DNA from: Eledone cirrhosa
Lineage: Eukaryota
Reading direction: 5' to 3'
Length of the DNA stretch: 64,000 nt
Assembly: GCA_964016885.1 (NCBI GenBank)
Contig: OZ024753.1
Location: forward strand, 13,702,001-13,766,000
The position numbers and the translations under genes are program-made. This document shows, one piece after another, positions 25,365-39,174 of the stretch (position 1 is its first letter; each line of letters begins with the position of its first letter). The notes below the pieces were generated by a model that was given only the letters and a program-made list of their open reading frames with translations, did no database searches and was not told the DNA's origin.

Positions 25365-26110
25365 GTGACACATGCTGCAACATTTACCTTACCTGACGGG
25401 CTTCGTTCCTGGGACAGGCTGCTAATGATCCAATTTTATGGAGGAGCTCAGCTGAGGTCTTGACGCCGACTGGTGCAAAGAGGTAGCAGTTGAACAAGCT
25501 CCGGTATTTGCTTGTCTTCTTGTCCTCTGCCTTGCGAGCCGCAGTATCAGGGTTTGTAGTCAAGGTGACTAAGTTGGAGATGGAGAATATGTCAAAGCAT
25601 GTCATGTCACAGATGAGGGATTTAACTCCTTTGAAAGGAACGAAGGGTAATTCCATTGGGGCACTTGCCGCCACCACGATCAAGGCCTGCTAGCTCCAGG
25701 TATGATGGGAAGCCAGCTGTGTCTTGGCCCCTTATCATTATGTAATTGTGAGTGGCATGTTGGGGGGGGGGGAACTGGCCTGCACTCTGGTGGTATGATA
25801 ATGGGTGCAGGTCGAACTCATTGATGACAGCTTAACAACGGCATTTATGTGGCTTACAGACATGGAGGCCGAGGGGTTGGGCTATTCCAATGTGAGTGCA
25901 CTCATCATCAAGAGGGTTACTGGATGATGAAGAGGGCACCGAATTGAGTCACACATCACTGATTGGCTGAGAGGTGGAACGGAGGCAGGTGAAGCGGTGT
26001 TGGTCCAAGCCAGACTCGATCTGCCTGAAGGTAGACCTGCACTTGATGTCGTCCCAGTTATGTTGTATACTGGGGAACGGAGAGACCTTCACTGGTCCAG
26101 TCAGTCAGAG
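25365..26110 (-). pseudogene. CRE-like non-LTR retrotransposon remnant (CCHC + restriction-like endonuclease region)
   Basis: Translation CDMTCFDIFS...AARKAEDKKTSKY...FAPVGVKTS resembles WDxTCxDT..AExxKxxKY..FxPxxxET of RLE elements; related FQHISLAITRGNAASML fragment at ~21569-21622. Confidence 0.65.
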
Positions 26111-26173
26111 CCTACTTCAGTTCTTGGGTCACAAATTATGGGGGAAGGTTTTAGATAAATATTAACACTTTAA

Positions 26174-26650
26174 CCCTTTAGCATTTAAACCGGCCATATC
26201 GGGCCAGAATTCTCTCACCTTTTTGTTCTAACCAGCTGTAACTGGCCACTCATACTGATGTTAAGGTATTGTTCTCAAAGTAATAATATCAAATCAATGT
26301 GATTTTGATATTATTGAGATAATTATGTGAGGTAAAGCCTTTACTGTGAAAATACAATAGTATATATAGAGTAATGTAAATGTTATGAGATATTATGTGA
26401 GGTAAAGCCTTTACTGTGAAAATACAATAGTATATATAGAGTAATGTAAATGTTATGAGATATTATGTGAAGTAAAGCCTTTACTGTGAAAATACAATAG
26501 TATATATAGAGTAATGTAAATGTTATGTGAGGTAAAGCCTTTACTGTGAAAAGACAATAGTTTATATAGAGTAATGTAAATGTTATGTGAGGTAAAGCCT
26601 TTACTGTGAAAATACAACAGTATATATAGAGTAATGTAAATGCTAAAGGG
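26174..26650. mobile_element. piggyBac-type MITE with internal 59-71 bp tandem expansion
   Basis: TTAA|CCCTTTAGCATTTA ... TAAATGCTAAAGGG|TTAA. Confidence 0.9.
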
Positions 26651-27099
26651 TTAAACAAGCATTTTATATAATAGAGCCACAAGTGGTTTCAAGCAGTTTG
26701 GTATCAAAATGGTTAAAGGTATAAGAAAAGAAGTTATTAGTAATGCTTTATATGCTACTAGTAGTAGTAGTAGTAGTAGGCGTTTGTTTTTCTATTTCTG
26801 TATTTCTCTCACACAAAATCTTGTCAACACATGAATGACATTGAAGGGTTTTATTTCTCCTGGCAAAAAACAAACTAGTTTAACTGAATTACTTTACTAA
26901 GTTGTTTGGTAAAGCGGATTTAAAGTCTTTGATCATTATAAATTAATGGCTATTGTTGTTTATATGCTTCAGTTAATTTAGACATGGAGTGGGAGGTGCC
27001 GGCTTTAAATTTCTTTTTAGTCTCTTTTTATCTTGATTCTTTGATACTAAATAATTGCTTCTCAAACATATGACAAAGCAGTAATTCATCATCATCATC

Positions 27100-27130
<31 letters not shown>

Positions 27131-27564
27131 CCATCATCACCATTGTTGTCATTGTCTGTCATCATTTAATAACTGTTTTCCCAGCTAGCAAGAGTTGGGC
27201 AGGTTTGTACAGTAGATAAGCTGGGCCACCTCCATCGTACCTTGCTTATATCCATTCCCTTCCTGCATTCCATAGAGTGTACTGGGTGCAACAGAAGCAT
27301 GCATTTGACCCCTTGTTTGGCAGACATGGTTTCTACAACTGGGTACCCTTTCTATTGCCCATCCTAGAGAGGTTGTGGTGCCGTGACTGAAGGGTCCTGT
27401 CTTCTTAACCCTTTTCCACAGGGTTTCTACAACTGGGTACCCTTTCTATTGCCCATCCTAGAGAGGTTGTGGTGCCGTGACTGAAGGGTCCTGTCTTCTT
27501 AACCCTTTTCCACAGGGTTTCTATAGCTGGAAGCCATTCTTATCACAAATTTGTATTTGTATGT

Positions 27565-27860
27565 ATAGCAGTTAGGGTGTTTGGCTCATAATCTTACAGT
27601 CATGAGTTCAACTCCCAGTGGTTTGTTGTGTCCTTGAACAAGGCACTATATTTCATGTTGCATTTGTCCACTCAACTAGAAAAAAATGAGTTGTACCTGT
27701 AATTCAAAGGGCCAGCCTTGTTACACATTGTGTCATACTTAATCTCCCTGAGAACTAGACTATACCTGTAATTTAAAGGTCCTTGTCACACACACTGTGT
27801 CCTGCTGAATCTTTCCAAGAAATACTTTAAGGTTACACATAGCTGTGGAATTTTCAACCA
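27565..27860 (+). mobile_element. CORE-like SINE, tail D
   Basis: GAGTTCAACTCC B box, TGTGTCCTTGAACAAGGCACT core, tail GTACCTGTAATTCAAAGGGCCAGCC. Confidence 0.65.
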
Positions 27861-28296
27861 CTTGTACGTGTTGCTTGGAGTTGAACTTGCAACTTTATGA
27901 TTGTGAGCTGAAAACCCTAAACACTATGTCATGTGTATTTACAGTGTGTTGTATTGGGCTCTTAAAATGTTTGAGTTTAAAAAAATGTCTATTAATAAAT
28001 TTAAAATGCTTAAAGTTGAACGTAATTATAACCAGTGACTTTAGGATGTCTGTCTTTGAATAACTACCACAAATATTTTTTCCGCTCTGTTTGTCATACA
28101 ACAAACAATACAATAAATATTTCTTAGCTAGGATAAATATTTTTTTTGTTAATTGTAGGTTAAATACTTTTATAAATTTTATGTGAAATGTATTTAAAAA
28201 GGGAAAAAAAAAATTATGTAGCATACTTCTTTTTTTTCTAGTTTACTTTCTGATGGATATTTCTATTTGTAACTAACACCCATTTACCTGAAATTT

Positions 28297-28960
28297 ACAG
28301 CTCACACCTATGTAACTGGCCTTCTTATGGGGGTAGGATTACACAGGATGCTTCTCAGGTGTTTTAATGATAGGGGCCATAGTCCTATCATGTTGCCACT
28401 GTTACAGCTCACACCTATGTAGATTTAGCTGACTTCCTATAGAGTAGTAACTCAGAGAATGCTTCTCAGGTGTTTTAATGATAGGGGCCATAGTCCTACC
28501 ATGTTGCCACTGTTACAGCTCACACCTATGTAGATTTAGCTGACTTCCTATAGAGTAGTAACTCAGAGAATGCTTCTCAGGTGTTTTAATGATAGGGGCC
28601 ATAGTCCTACCATGTTGTTTTTGTTACAGCTCACACACCTATGTAGGTTCAGCTGACCTCTTATAGGGTAGTCATCATCATCATCATCACCGTTTTACGT
28701 CCGTTCTTCCACACTAGCATGGGTTAGACGGGTTGTCCTGTTGTGGGTAGTATCTCATAGAATGCTTCTCAGGTGTTTTAATGATAGGGGCCACAGTCCT
28801 ATCATGTTGTTTTTGCTACAGCTCATATCTAGGTGAGTTTAGCTGACATCTTATGGGTAGCATCTCATCAAAGGTTCTCAGGTGTCTTATTTGTCGGGGC
28901 CATAACCCTACCATGTTGTTACAGCTCACACCTATGTAGGTTAAGATAGCCTCTTATGAA
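28297..28960. repeat. ~111-bp imperfect tandem repeat (~5-6 units), interrupted by an RTE-type tail
   Basis: ACAGCTCACACCTATGTAG...CTTCTCAGGTGTTTTAATGATAGGGGCCA recurs. Confidence 0.85.
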
Positions 28961-29507
28961 GTTGCATGCTTCTGATCCTGAAGTGGGATAGGTGTAAATG
29001 TCCAAAGAATGTTGTCTATCTACAACAGTGGTCTTATAATAACTCCATAAGAGGTTAAGTGACCACACCTGACCATGGCTTAGTTAAATCTACACCTGAC
29101 CATAGTCTGACTTAGTTAATTCCACACCTGTCTGTACATGTACACAACTGCCATCTGAAGATCTCACCAGTGTTGACCTAAAGGTCAATGTCTTTTGTTA
29201 TCTAATAGTCTTTTCCTTCTTTTCTTTTTTTCCTCCTCCCTTTCTAATGTTAATTCATCATCATCGTCATCACCAGCAGCAGCAGTGGTATCTATTGACA
29301 TCACTGATGATGATGATGCCGCCACCTTAATGTCAGTTTTCCCTGCTAGCAAGTGTTGGACTAATCCTTGTACAATATGACTAATTTAATCATCTTTTGA
29401 TATTACTGAAAAGAAAGTGACTGTTGATAAGTTGGCTGTCATTCACATTTAGGGACCATAAGTTATCTGAACAGGTTGCAGAGGGAATCAGAATATACTC
29501 AAGTTAA

Positions 29508-29717
29508 CCCTTTATCATTCACATTATTTTATATATACTATTATATTTTAATGGTAAAGGCTTTACCTCACATAATTATCTTATATAATATCGAATCTGA
29601 GATTTTGAAAGTATTTATTTTGAGAACAATACCTTAACATCAGTTTGAGCGACTAGTTATGGACAGTTTCAACAGACAGAGGTAGAGAATTGTGGCCTGT
29701 TTTGGTCGGTTTGAACA
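29508..29717. mobile_element. piggyBac-type MITE, right end lost
   Basis: TTAA|CCCTTTATCATTCAC and family body. Confidence 0.75.
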
Positions 29718-29965
29718 CTGCTTCAAACATATCCCTCAACACCCCTCTAGGCCTCTCTAACCACCCCTCTAGGCCTCTCTAAACACCTCTCCAAACATCT
29801 TTCTAAACACTTCACTAAAACTTCAGAGACAAAATATAAAATAACAGTTCTCAGTTTGATCAGATATTCGCTTGAGTCATTTGAAACCACAGACTTGGAG
29901 TTTAAAGTTGAAGCCAAGTAAAGCCTGCCCAAAGCATAAGATGTGGGTGGGGAGAGGGTACTATC

Positions 29966-30420
29966 ATCGTCGATTAACATCTACCTTCCATGCTAGCATG
30001 TGTTAGATGGGTTTGTCCCATTTAGAGGCAAGTTGGGTTGGGTGACCGTTTCTGGCTGGTTTTCTATGGATGCCCTTTCCTAATGCCAATCACATTGATA
30101 GTGTGTGCTGGGTGCTTTTTGCTGTGTCTTTTATACGTCCACTTTACAGTGTGGGCTGGGTGTTTTGGGGATGGTTTTCTACGGCTGGATGCCCTTCCGA
30201 AAGCCAACCACATTGCCAGTGTGTGCTGGGTGCTTTTTGCTGTGTCTTTTACATGTCCACTTTACAGTGTGTGCTGGGTGCTTTTTGCCGTGTCTTTTAC
30301 ACGCCCACTTTACAGTGTGGGCTGGGTGTTTTGGGGCTGCTTTTCTACGGCTGGATGCCCTTCCGAAAGCCAACCACATTTACATTGTGTGCTGGGTACT
30401 TTTTGTCATGACACCATCAC
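29966..30420 (-). mobile_element. SINE tail (RTE-type) with internal tandem duplications
   Basis: TTTCTACGGCTGGATGCCCTTCC repeated three times; revcomp of the 47700-47930 type tail. Confidence 0.65.
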
Positions 30421-30595
30421 GATGTGTTATAAATTTTATTATTCTAATAAAAAAAATAGCTTTTTTAAAAAAATTTTTTTTTTAAAAGAATGTGTTTATC
30501 ATTTCTATCTATCATTATGTGCATGGTCCTGTAACTCCTGGGGGAGTTGTAAGGACACTGTATTGATATACAGAGTTTTTCTAGGGCACTTTTAA

Positions 30596-30815
30596 TCCTT
30601 TAGCATTTAAACTGGCCATATCTGGCTTGAATTATCTCACCTCTTTCTATTCAAACGGCTGTAACTGGCCATTCATACTGTTGTTAAGGTATTGTTCTCA
30701 AAATAAATACTTTCAAAATCTCATAGATTCGATATTGTGTGAGATAATTATGTGAGGTAAAGCCTTTACCATGAAAATATAATAGTATATATAGAGTAAT
30801 GTGAATACTAAAGGG
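30596..30815. mobile_element. piggyBac-type MITE, full length (~220 bp)
   Basis: TTAA TSD; empty site visible in paralogous repeat at 8843-8870. Confidence 0.9.
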
Positions 30816-31093
30816 TTAAACCTGGTGAAACCTAACTCCTTCTCTAGGTCTGAATATAGCAGATTTCTTCCAGAGAAGGATAGTGAGAGTGAAAGAATGA
30901 AAGTGAGAAAGATATCTAGAGGAAGAATCGACCCCAGTACTTGACTGGTACTTTTTTTTTTACTGACCTCGAAAGGATGAAAGGCAAAGTAGACCTCAAT
31001 GGGATTTGAACTGAGATAGAAGACATTTGAAACAAATACTGCAAAGTATTCTAATCACTCTGCCAATTCACTGCCTATCATTATATGTCAAAT

Positions 31094-31284
31094 GGCGATG
31101 GATTGGCAGTAGTGGTAGAGGGTCGGACGCCATGCTTTGATGCATAGAGTTACGGCCCTTGCCATTCTGAGTTCAAATCCCGCCGAGGTTAACTTTGCCT
31201 TTCATCCTTACGGGGTTGATAAAATAAAGTACCAGTAATGCACTGGGTAATTGCTGGCCTTGTGCCAAAAGTAGAAACAATTAT
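31094..31284 (+). mobile_element. Deu/Nin-type SINE, full length
   Basis: A box, B box, core, tail. Confidence 0.9.
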
Positions 31285-31511
31285 GTCGTGTTAAATGCTC
31301 GGCTCTCACCTGACCATTCCCAACATTCCTCTTTATGGGTGGAGCAGATGATACTGTTTGTTGCAACTCAGAAAATAAACAATTTTAATTATAACAATCC
31401 TTATAATAATGATATTTCTAATCATTATTCCACTTACAGCAGAGTATGAAATGTCATGAATATATTTCAATTGGATGTTTGAAACCATTCATGATTGTTT
31501 TTTTAAGATAA

Positions 31512-32132
31512 ATTGCTTCCCACGGGAGGAGAGTTTGCTGGGAAAGAGTGAGAAAGGGTTACATTATCTCCTGGTCTTTTAAATCAATTGCTTCTCATGG
31601 GAGGCCAACCTGCTTGAGAAGGGCTTATATTATCTCCCGGCCTTTTTTAACCAATTACTTCCTACAAGCGGCTAGCCTGCTTGAGAAGGGGTATAATATC
31701 TATCTGTCAGTCTTTTATGCCAATTACTTCCCACAAGAAACCAGCCTACTGGAGATGGGGTGTATTATCTCCTGGTCTTTTAAGCCAATTAGTTCCCATG
31801 AAAGGCCAGCCTACTGGGGAAAGGGTTATATTATCTCCTGGTCTTTTAGGCCAATTAGTTCCCATGAAGGGCCAACCTACTGGGGAAAGGGTTATATTAT
31901 CTCCTGGTCTTTTAGGCCAATTAGTTCCCATGAAGGGCCAACCTACTGGAGAAAGGGTTACGTTGTTTGCTGGTCTTTTAGGCCAATTACTTCCCATGAA
32001 GGGCCAACCTACTGGAGAAAGGGTTATGTTGTTTGCTGGTCTTTTAGACCAATTAGTTCCCTTGAAAAGCCAACCTACTGGGGAAAGGGTTATATTGTTT
32101 GCTGGTCTTTTAGGCCAATTACTTCCCACGAG
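31512..32132. repeat. 66-bp minisatellite (~9 units)
   Basis: CCTACTGGGGAAAGGGTTATATTATCTCCTGGTCTTTTAGGCCAATTAGTTCCCATGAAGGGCCAA. Confidence 0.9.
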
Positions 32133-32848
32133 AAGGAAGTAATAGGAAGTAGGAACTGAACAAAGAGCACACCTAATCTATTGCTCATGGATCAGTGTTT
32201 TCATTTCTTGATACTGAAAGGATGAAAAGTAAAGTTGACTTTGGTGGGATTTGAACTCAGATTTCAGAGGGCCAAAACAAATACCACAAGGCACTTAATC
32301 CAATGCAGTAATGAGTACGCTATTTCATTGCTTAAAGGTAATAAGCATAATAATAATTGTGATGATTAGTGGTAGTGGGGATATATCTTATATAAATACA
32401 TTATCACTTTAATGTGATTGGTGTTAGGAAGGGCATCCAGCCATAGAAACCAAGCCAGAATACTGATCCATATGAGCAAGATGGTGTTTCTGTACCAGAT
32501 TTGTTACATAAAGTGACAACCTGTCTAACCCATGCAAGCATAGAAAATGGACATTAAACAATGATGATGATCAACAATGTTTAACATCTGATCTTTATGT
32601 TGGTAAAGGTTGGATGTGTTTCTGTTAACTTGCAGGGTTTAATTGAAATCCTTTCTATGAACCTGGAAATGGCAATGGGAATATTCTCTCTAAAATATCA
32701 AAAACTTCACAAAACCAGCATCAATTCAAACTCATTCAAATATAAAACAATATCTAACACAACAACAACAACAATTTAACACCTTCCGATATAAAACTCA
32801 CAACAATTTAAACACCTTCTGATATAAAACTAATTCACAACAGTTTAA

Positions 32849-35242
32849 CCCTTTAGCATTTACATTACTCTATATTTACTATTATATTTTCATTGTAAAG
32901 GCTTTATTTCACATACCATTATCCTACATATCCAGTTCTACGACTCTGGAGATGTCAACACTGTACTCCAGAACATCCTGAGCTCAATATGGACAGCATG
33001 TGCAGCATCGGTGCCAGGAAAGCGGAAAAAACATCCCGAAAGTGTAATTTGGGAGACTGCAGCAGTCCGTTTTGCCAGAAAAGAATGTCGCAATGCTGAA
33101 TGTGAGTACAAACTGCACAAATCAGACATCAATAGAAAGAGGCGAAATAGATTGTCCAACCACCTCAAACAGGTGACAAAAAAGGCAGTGCTTGAATTTG
33201 AGCAGCGCATAGCAACCAGCCCTGACAGTAAGGTGTTCTGGAAGTATGTTCACTCAAAGCAGAGGCCTCACTCTCCAGTTGGTCCTCTTCACAATCTCCA
33301 CACAAGCCAGGTTACTGACGACCCCAAGGAATGCGCAAAGCTCATTGCTGAATGCTATGCAGGCATTTTCTCTATTGAAGACCATAGTGTACTGTCTTCA
33401 CCACCTATGACACCGGATTCTATTACAATCATGGAATTTACACCTGCAATGCTGCGACGTCACCTGAAAAATAAACGCAACCATGCCTCCCCTAGTCTCG
33501 ATGGTGTTACGTACCTGCTTCTCAAACGTGGTGGGTACCTCCTTCTGCACCAGCTATACCACTTCTTCCAATTCTGTCTGAACAACGGTGCTACTCCAGA
33601 ACTGGAAAACTGCCAGTGTCATTCCTCTGTTCAAAAAGGGTGACCGCACATCACCTGTCAACTATCGTCCAGTCAGTCTTATTAGCTGCATTGCCAAACT
33701 GATGGAATCCTGTGTCAGAGAAACACTTTGGAACTTCTGGAACTTTCATAGTCTTATCCGGCCCTCGCAAATTGGATTTATCCCCAACTCAGCTGCTGTG
33801 ATCAACTTATCGAGTTTCTTGAAGACATCACCCGGATCACTGCTGGCAGTTCATGGGTGGATGTTGTTTACCCTGACTTTACGAAATCTTTCAATTCTGT
33901 ACCACACAAAAGGCTTATGGCAAAACTCTCTGCAATGGGTGTGAAGGATGATCTTTTTAACAGGTTGAAATCCTTCATTCTCAGTCGAAGAGAGGTAGTC
34001 ACGGTTCTGGGACAGCATTCCTCACCATATGAGATGTCATCTGGTGTACCACAGGGATCTGTTCTTAACCTCCTTTTGTTTGTGGCATATATTAATGACA
34101 TAGATGCCAACTTAAAGAATGCCACAGTACTAAAGTACGCAGATGACATCAAGCTGTACCTTGAGATAAAAAGGACAGATCCGGAACACTATAGATCTTG
34201 CTTGCAGTCTGACCTGGATACAATGCAACAATGGATCTCAGACTGGCAACTCAAGCTAGCTGTGGACAAGTGCACCACCATTCATTTTGGGAGTAAAAAC
34301 CCAGGGTCCACATACTCCCTCCACAACACTAATATCAAGAAATCTTCTTGTGAACGTGACCTAGGCATTACGGTCAACAGCGATTTGCGTTGGACGAAGC
34401 GCGTCTCTAAAATTGTCAAGAGTGCTGAGGGTGTCTTAACATCACTCAGCAAGACCTTTGTCAGCCGCTCTCCAGCTATCTATTTAAGGCTGTACATGGC
34501 TATGGTGCGACCACACTTAGAATTTGCACCACCAGTCTGGAACCCCAATCTTACTCAGAACATTGACCACCTGGAAACTGTTCAGAGATGTGCAACCATG
34601 CGAATACCCTCCATCAGGCATCTACCATACTCTGAATGCCTTGCTTCCCTGGTCATGGATACATTGAAGCTCAGACGTCTGGGAACTGACTTGGTAAACA
34701 CCCACAAAATTGTTAACCATCTTGCCAACAACAACCCTGAGTACCTTTTCGATCTCCATGTGTCTAACACACGTGGGCATGCTCACAAAGTCAGAAAACA
34801 GCACAGTTTCCATGACTTTCGGAAACATTTTTTCACGCTCAGAGTTGCTGAAGCATGGAACAAACTACCTGCATCAGTTGTTAGCTGTCGAGACACTGCA
34901 TCCTTTAAAACCTCCATGCTTCCCGAGATTCGCCAACACTATACCTCATGTTCCCCCTCCATACACATACACACATGTATATCATGACTCGTACACTATT
35001 CACTTCCCTGACATTTGTATATTATTCTATGTACTATACATGCACCTGTGACGAGTTGTAGTGCACCTGAGCACTTTACACAATAATTTCATTATTATTA
35101 TTATTATTTATATCGAATCTGAGATTTTGATATTCTTTATTTTGAGAACAATAGCTTAACATCTGCAGCTGGTTACAACTGGTTTGAACAGAAAGAGGTG
35201 AGGGAATTCTGGCTGAAAATGGCTGGTTGAAATGCTAAAGGG
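32849..35242. mobile_element. piggyBac-type MITE split by CR1 LINE
   Basis: Left 32849-32930 and right 35110-35242 join into the family consensus; TTAA on both sides. Confidence 0.85.
32931..35108 (+). mobile_element. 5'-truncated CR1-type LINE ORF2 (reverse transcriptase), two frameshifts
   Basis: KVFWKYV, WKTASVIPLFKKGD..NYRPVSL, DFTKSFNSVPH, GVPQGSVL, YADD, ERDLGI; 3'UTR and (ATT)n tail. Confidence 0.95.
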
Positions 35243-35263
35243 TTAAACACCCTCTCATATAAA

Positions 35264-35655
35264 ACACATGGCTTTGTGGTTAGATCATTAGGCTTGCAAT
35301 CGTAAGGTTGTGAATTCGATTCTTGGACTGGGTGATGCGTTTTTTCCTTGAGAAAGACACTTTATTTCATGTTGCTCCAATTCACTCAGCTGTAGAAATG
35401 AGTTGTGACGTCACTGGTGCCAAGCTGTATTGGCCATTGCCTTTCACTTGGACATCATTGGTGACATGGAGAGGGGAGACTGGTATACATGGGTGACTGC
35501 TGTCTTCCATAAACTCGTGGAGAGGGGAGGCTAGTATATATGGGTGACTACTGGTCTTCCACAAAACAAACCTTGCCCGGGCTTGTGCCTCGGCAGGAAA
35601 CTTTCTAGGTGCAAATCCCTTAGTAATTCGTAACCGAAGCGGGTCTTTACCTTTA
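35264..35655 (+). mobile_element. CORE-like SINE, full length, tail B
   Basis: Same head and core as 6173 but a different 3' half (GGAGAGGGGAGACTGG...TTTCTAGGTGCAAA). Confidence 0.8.
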
Positions 35656-36327
35656 ACATATAAAACTAACAACAATTTAAACAGTCTCTCATATAAAACT
35701 ACTAACAACAACGTAAACATTCACCACAAGCAATTACTTTTCTTCTCTACATCTTCATTACCAACATCCACTAAATTCTTTGCTTTCTCTTTCATTCTTA
35801 CTTTCTTATTTTCATTTTTCTTCTTTTTTTTGTTAGCCCCTTTCTCTCCTCTTTATTGCCATGTTGGTAGGAATCAGATGGGTTTTGCAGACCAACAGCT
35901 TTCTCTGCCATCTCTAAATATCTTCATTTTACTTGACACACATTAGAAAATATCCTATTCTATCCTTACCCAATCCTTAACTCAACTCAACTCTGTCTGT
36001 GGCATAAGTTAGGTATCACTATATATATATATTTATATGTTACGGCCCTTTCCATTCTGAGTTCAAATCCCGCCGAGGTTAACTTTGCCTTTCATCCTTA
36101 CGGGGTCGATAAAAGTACCAGTAATGCACTGGGATAATTGCTGGCCTTGTGCCAAAAGTAGAAACAACTATATATATATATTTATATGTGAAAGTATGTG
36201 GCCTAGGGGTAAGTTTTGAACTCACAGTCATAAGGTTCAATTCCAGGACTGAGTGGTGTGTTGTGTTCTCGAGCAAAATACTGTATTTCATGTTGCTTCA
36301 TCTGTCAGGAATCGGAACTGACCAAAG

Positions 36328-36778
36328 GTATCAGCAATGGCAAGAAAATGGGAGCATTGTTTTTGTTTTGTCTGGTCTGCTATCTAGCTCCTTGTCTTTC
36401 TTCTGCCAGAAGTTAAGACCAGCAGATATTATCAGCAATGGAAAAAACAATGGAAACATTGTTTCCTTGGTCTGATCTGATAATCAGCTCCTTTTTTTTC
36501 TGCCAGAAGCTAAGACCAGCAGACAGTATCAGCAATGGAAAGGCCAATGGAAGCATTGTTTCCTTGGTCCGATCTGATAATCAGCTCCTTTTTTTTCTGC
36601 CAGAAGCTAAGACCAGCAGATATTATCAACAATGGAAAGGCCAATGGAAGCATTGTTTCCTTGGTCCGATCTGATAATCAGCTCCTTTTTTTTCTGCCAG
36701 AAGCTAAGACCAGCAAATATTATCAGCAATGGAAAGGCCAATGGGAGCATTGTTTCCTTGGTCCGATCTGATTATCGA
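36328..36778. repeat. 97-bp tandem repeat (~4.5 units)
   Basis: ATCAGCAATGGAAAGGCCAATGGAAGCATTGTTTCCTTGGTCCGATCTG... with period 97. Confidence 0.9.
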
Positions 36779-36929
36779 CTATTTCCTTTTCTATTTTTTT
36801 TTTCTGCACTTAACTTCACAAGCAGCTTACAACAAACAAATCTGTAAAGTAACAGAAAAGAAGCAAGAAGTTTTTCAGTGATGGGGATGCTTGATTCATC
36901 ATTGATTCCAGTCTGTCTGTGGCATAAAC

Positions 36930-37190
36930 TAGGTAGGTGGGTAGGTAGATGGGTAGGGGGTTAGTAGGTAGGGGGTAGTTGGTAGGTGGGTAGGGGTGAG
37001 TTGGTGGTGGGTAGTAAGTAGGTGGATAGGGGTGAGTTGGTGGAGGGGCTTAGTAGGTAGGTGAGTAGGTGGGTTGGTAGGTGGTGGTGGTGGGTGTAGT
37101 AGGTAGGTAGGGGGGGGGGGATAGTAGGTAATTGGGTAGTAGGCAGGTGGGTAGGGGTGAGGGGGTGGAGGGGGGTTAGTAGGTAGGTAT
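36930..37190 (+). repeat. G-rich GGTA/GGGT low-complexity tract (G-quadruplex potential)
   Basis: Direct. Confidence 0.8.
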
Positions 37191-37558
37191 TCTACACATA
37201 CCATCATAAGTAACATCTTACCACAATGAACAGATCTGTAAAGCACCAAAGGAAACAACAGATATGTTTTCCAGTGACGGATGACCTAATATATTCTGAT
37301 ATATTCTCCAGGTTAGGAGCCAAAGGAAGAAGGAAGTTAGAAAAACAGGTTTTTTTTCCCCTTTCTCCTTCATCTTGTTCAGCAACCATAGCTCCTTCAT
37401 CATATTCAGCAACCATAGCTCCTTCATCATATTCAGCAACCAAAGCTCCTTCATCATATTCAGCGGTCACCACACTCTTTCTCTTTCAATCGTTTCCTCT
37501 GCACTAAACATTTTTTGTTTCTTTCACAGTTAATTCTCTTTTAATACTCCCAGAACGT

Positions 37559-38025
37559 CACACCACACCACACCACACTACACCACACTACACTACACTA
37601 CACTACACTACACTACACTATACTACACCACGCTACACTACACTACACTACACCATACCACACCACACCACACCGCACTGCACTGCACCAACACCATACC
37701 ACACCAACACCATACCACACCAACACCATACCACACCAACACCATACCACACCAACACCATACCACACCAACACCATACCACACCAACACCATACCACAC
37801 CAACACCATACCACACTACACCACACCATACCACACTACACCACACCATACCACACTACACCACACCACACCACACTACACCACACCACACCAGACCACA
37901 CTACACCACACCACACCAACACCATGCCACACTACACCACACCACACCAACACTATACCACACTACACCACACTACACCACAACAAACCACGCCACGCCA
38001 CACCGCACTACACCTACACCGCACC
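37559..38025. repeat. CACCA/CACTA pentanucleotide satellite with higher-order units
   Basis: Direct. Confidence 0.9.
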
Positions 38026-38440
38026 TAATTTATTCTCTGATATCCTCTAATAACTTTCTCAGCTGTTTGTTATTCATTCATTCATTCTTTCTTTCTTTTA
38101 CTGGATTCACTCATTAGACTGCGGCCATGCTGGGGCACCACTTTAGGAGGGGTTTCAGTTGATCGCATCAACTGCCAGCACTTTATATTTTTTTTTTTCC
38201 CAAGCCTGGGTACTTATTTTATCAGACTTTTTTTGTCAAACTGCTAAGGCATCAAACATAAACACGGACACAAGTGCAAACAGACATAGCCACACAAATG
38301 TTCATCACATATACATACATGCCAGCAAGGAGAATCTATGTTAGCACACACCCTTCCCCCACCCCATCCCCCTTCCCAACACCCCTCCCCCTCCCAACAC
38401 CCCCCTCCCAACACACACACACACACACGAACATATATAT

Positions 38441-38631
38441 TAATTGTTTCTACTTTTGGCACAAGGCCAGCAATTACCCAGTACATTACTGGTACTCTAT
38501 TTTATCTAACCCCGTAAGGATGAAAGGCAAAGTTAAACTTGGCGGGATTTGAACTCGGACAGTAAAGGGCCATAATTCTTTGCTGCAAAGCATGGCGTCC
38601 GACTCTCTACCGATACTGCCAATCCGCCGCC
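38441..38631 (-). mobile_element. Deu/Nin-type SINE, full length with TSD
   Basis: Flanked by ACATATATATTAAT duplication (38431, 38642). Confidence 0.9.
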
Positions 38632-39174
38632 TATAACACAAACATATATATTAATGGTGGCCAGCACATGGGACCCCATTTGCTCACCCTACAGAGAGAT
38701 GGGGAGGTCGAGAGAGATGGAGACGATGACGGTGGGAGTTCGGCTCTTCCGTGTTCGGACACATTTGTCAAACTAGGTTTTATGAAACAATTGTACCATA
38801 AATTAAATATGGCGGGATGCAGTCAGATAAGATTTTGGCTTTGCTTGATTAACAGTCTGATGAGCAGATTGGGGCTGGAGTCGGGTCTGTAGAGTTTACA
38901 TAGGTCCTGAGCCACCCATCTGTGAAACAGTCATGACTATGTATAATAAATAAGAACCTTAATGTGAATCCTCACTTCATTGTGTGTGTGTGTGTGTTAA
39001 AATTGCATTAGAAGCTTTTATTGCATTTTTGACCACAGAAAATATGGGTTTGACCCCCACGTGCACTGATGCCCATTTTCCTGCATTCATGGTGCTTATA
39101 TACCCTGTTATTAGACTATATTTTGCAGTCAAAAATACAGCAAAAGCTTCTAATTCAATTTTCAAATTCCACTC

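Noticed and set aside
31548-32159. 22-aa repeat protein
   Set aside because: 66-bp tandem open in three frames; no recognisable family
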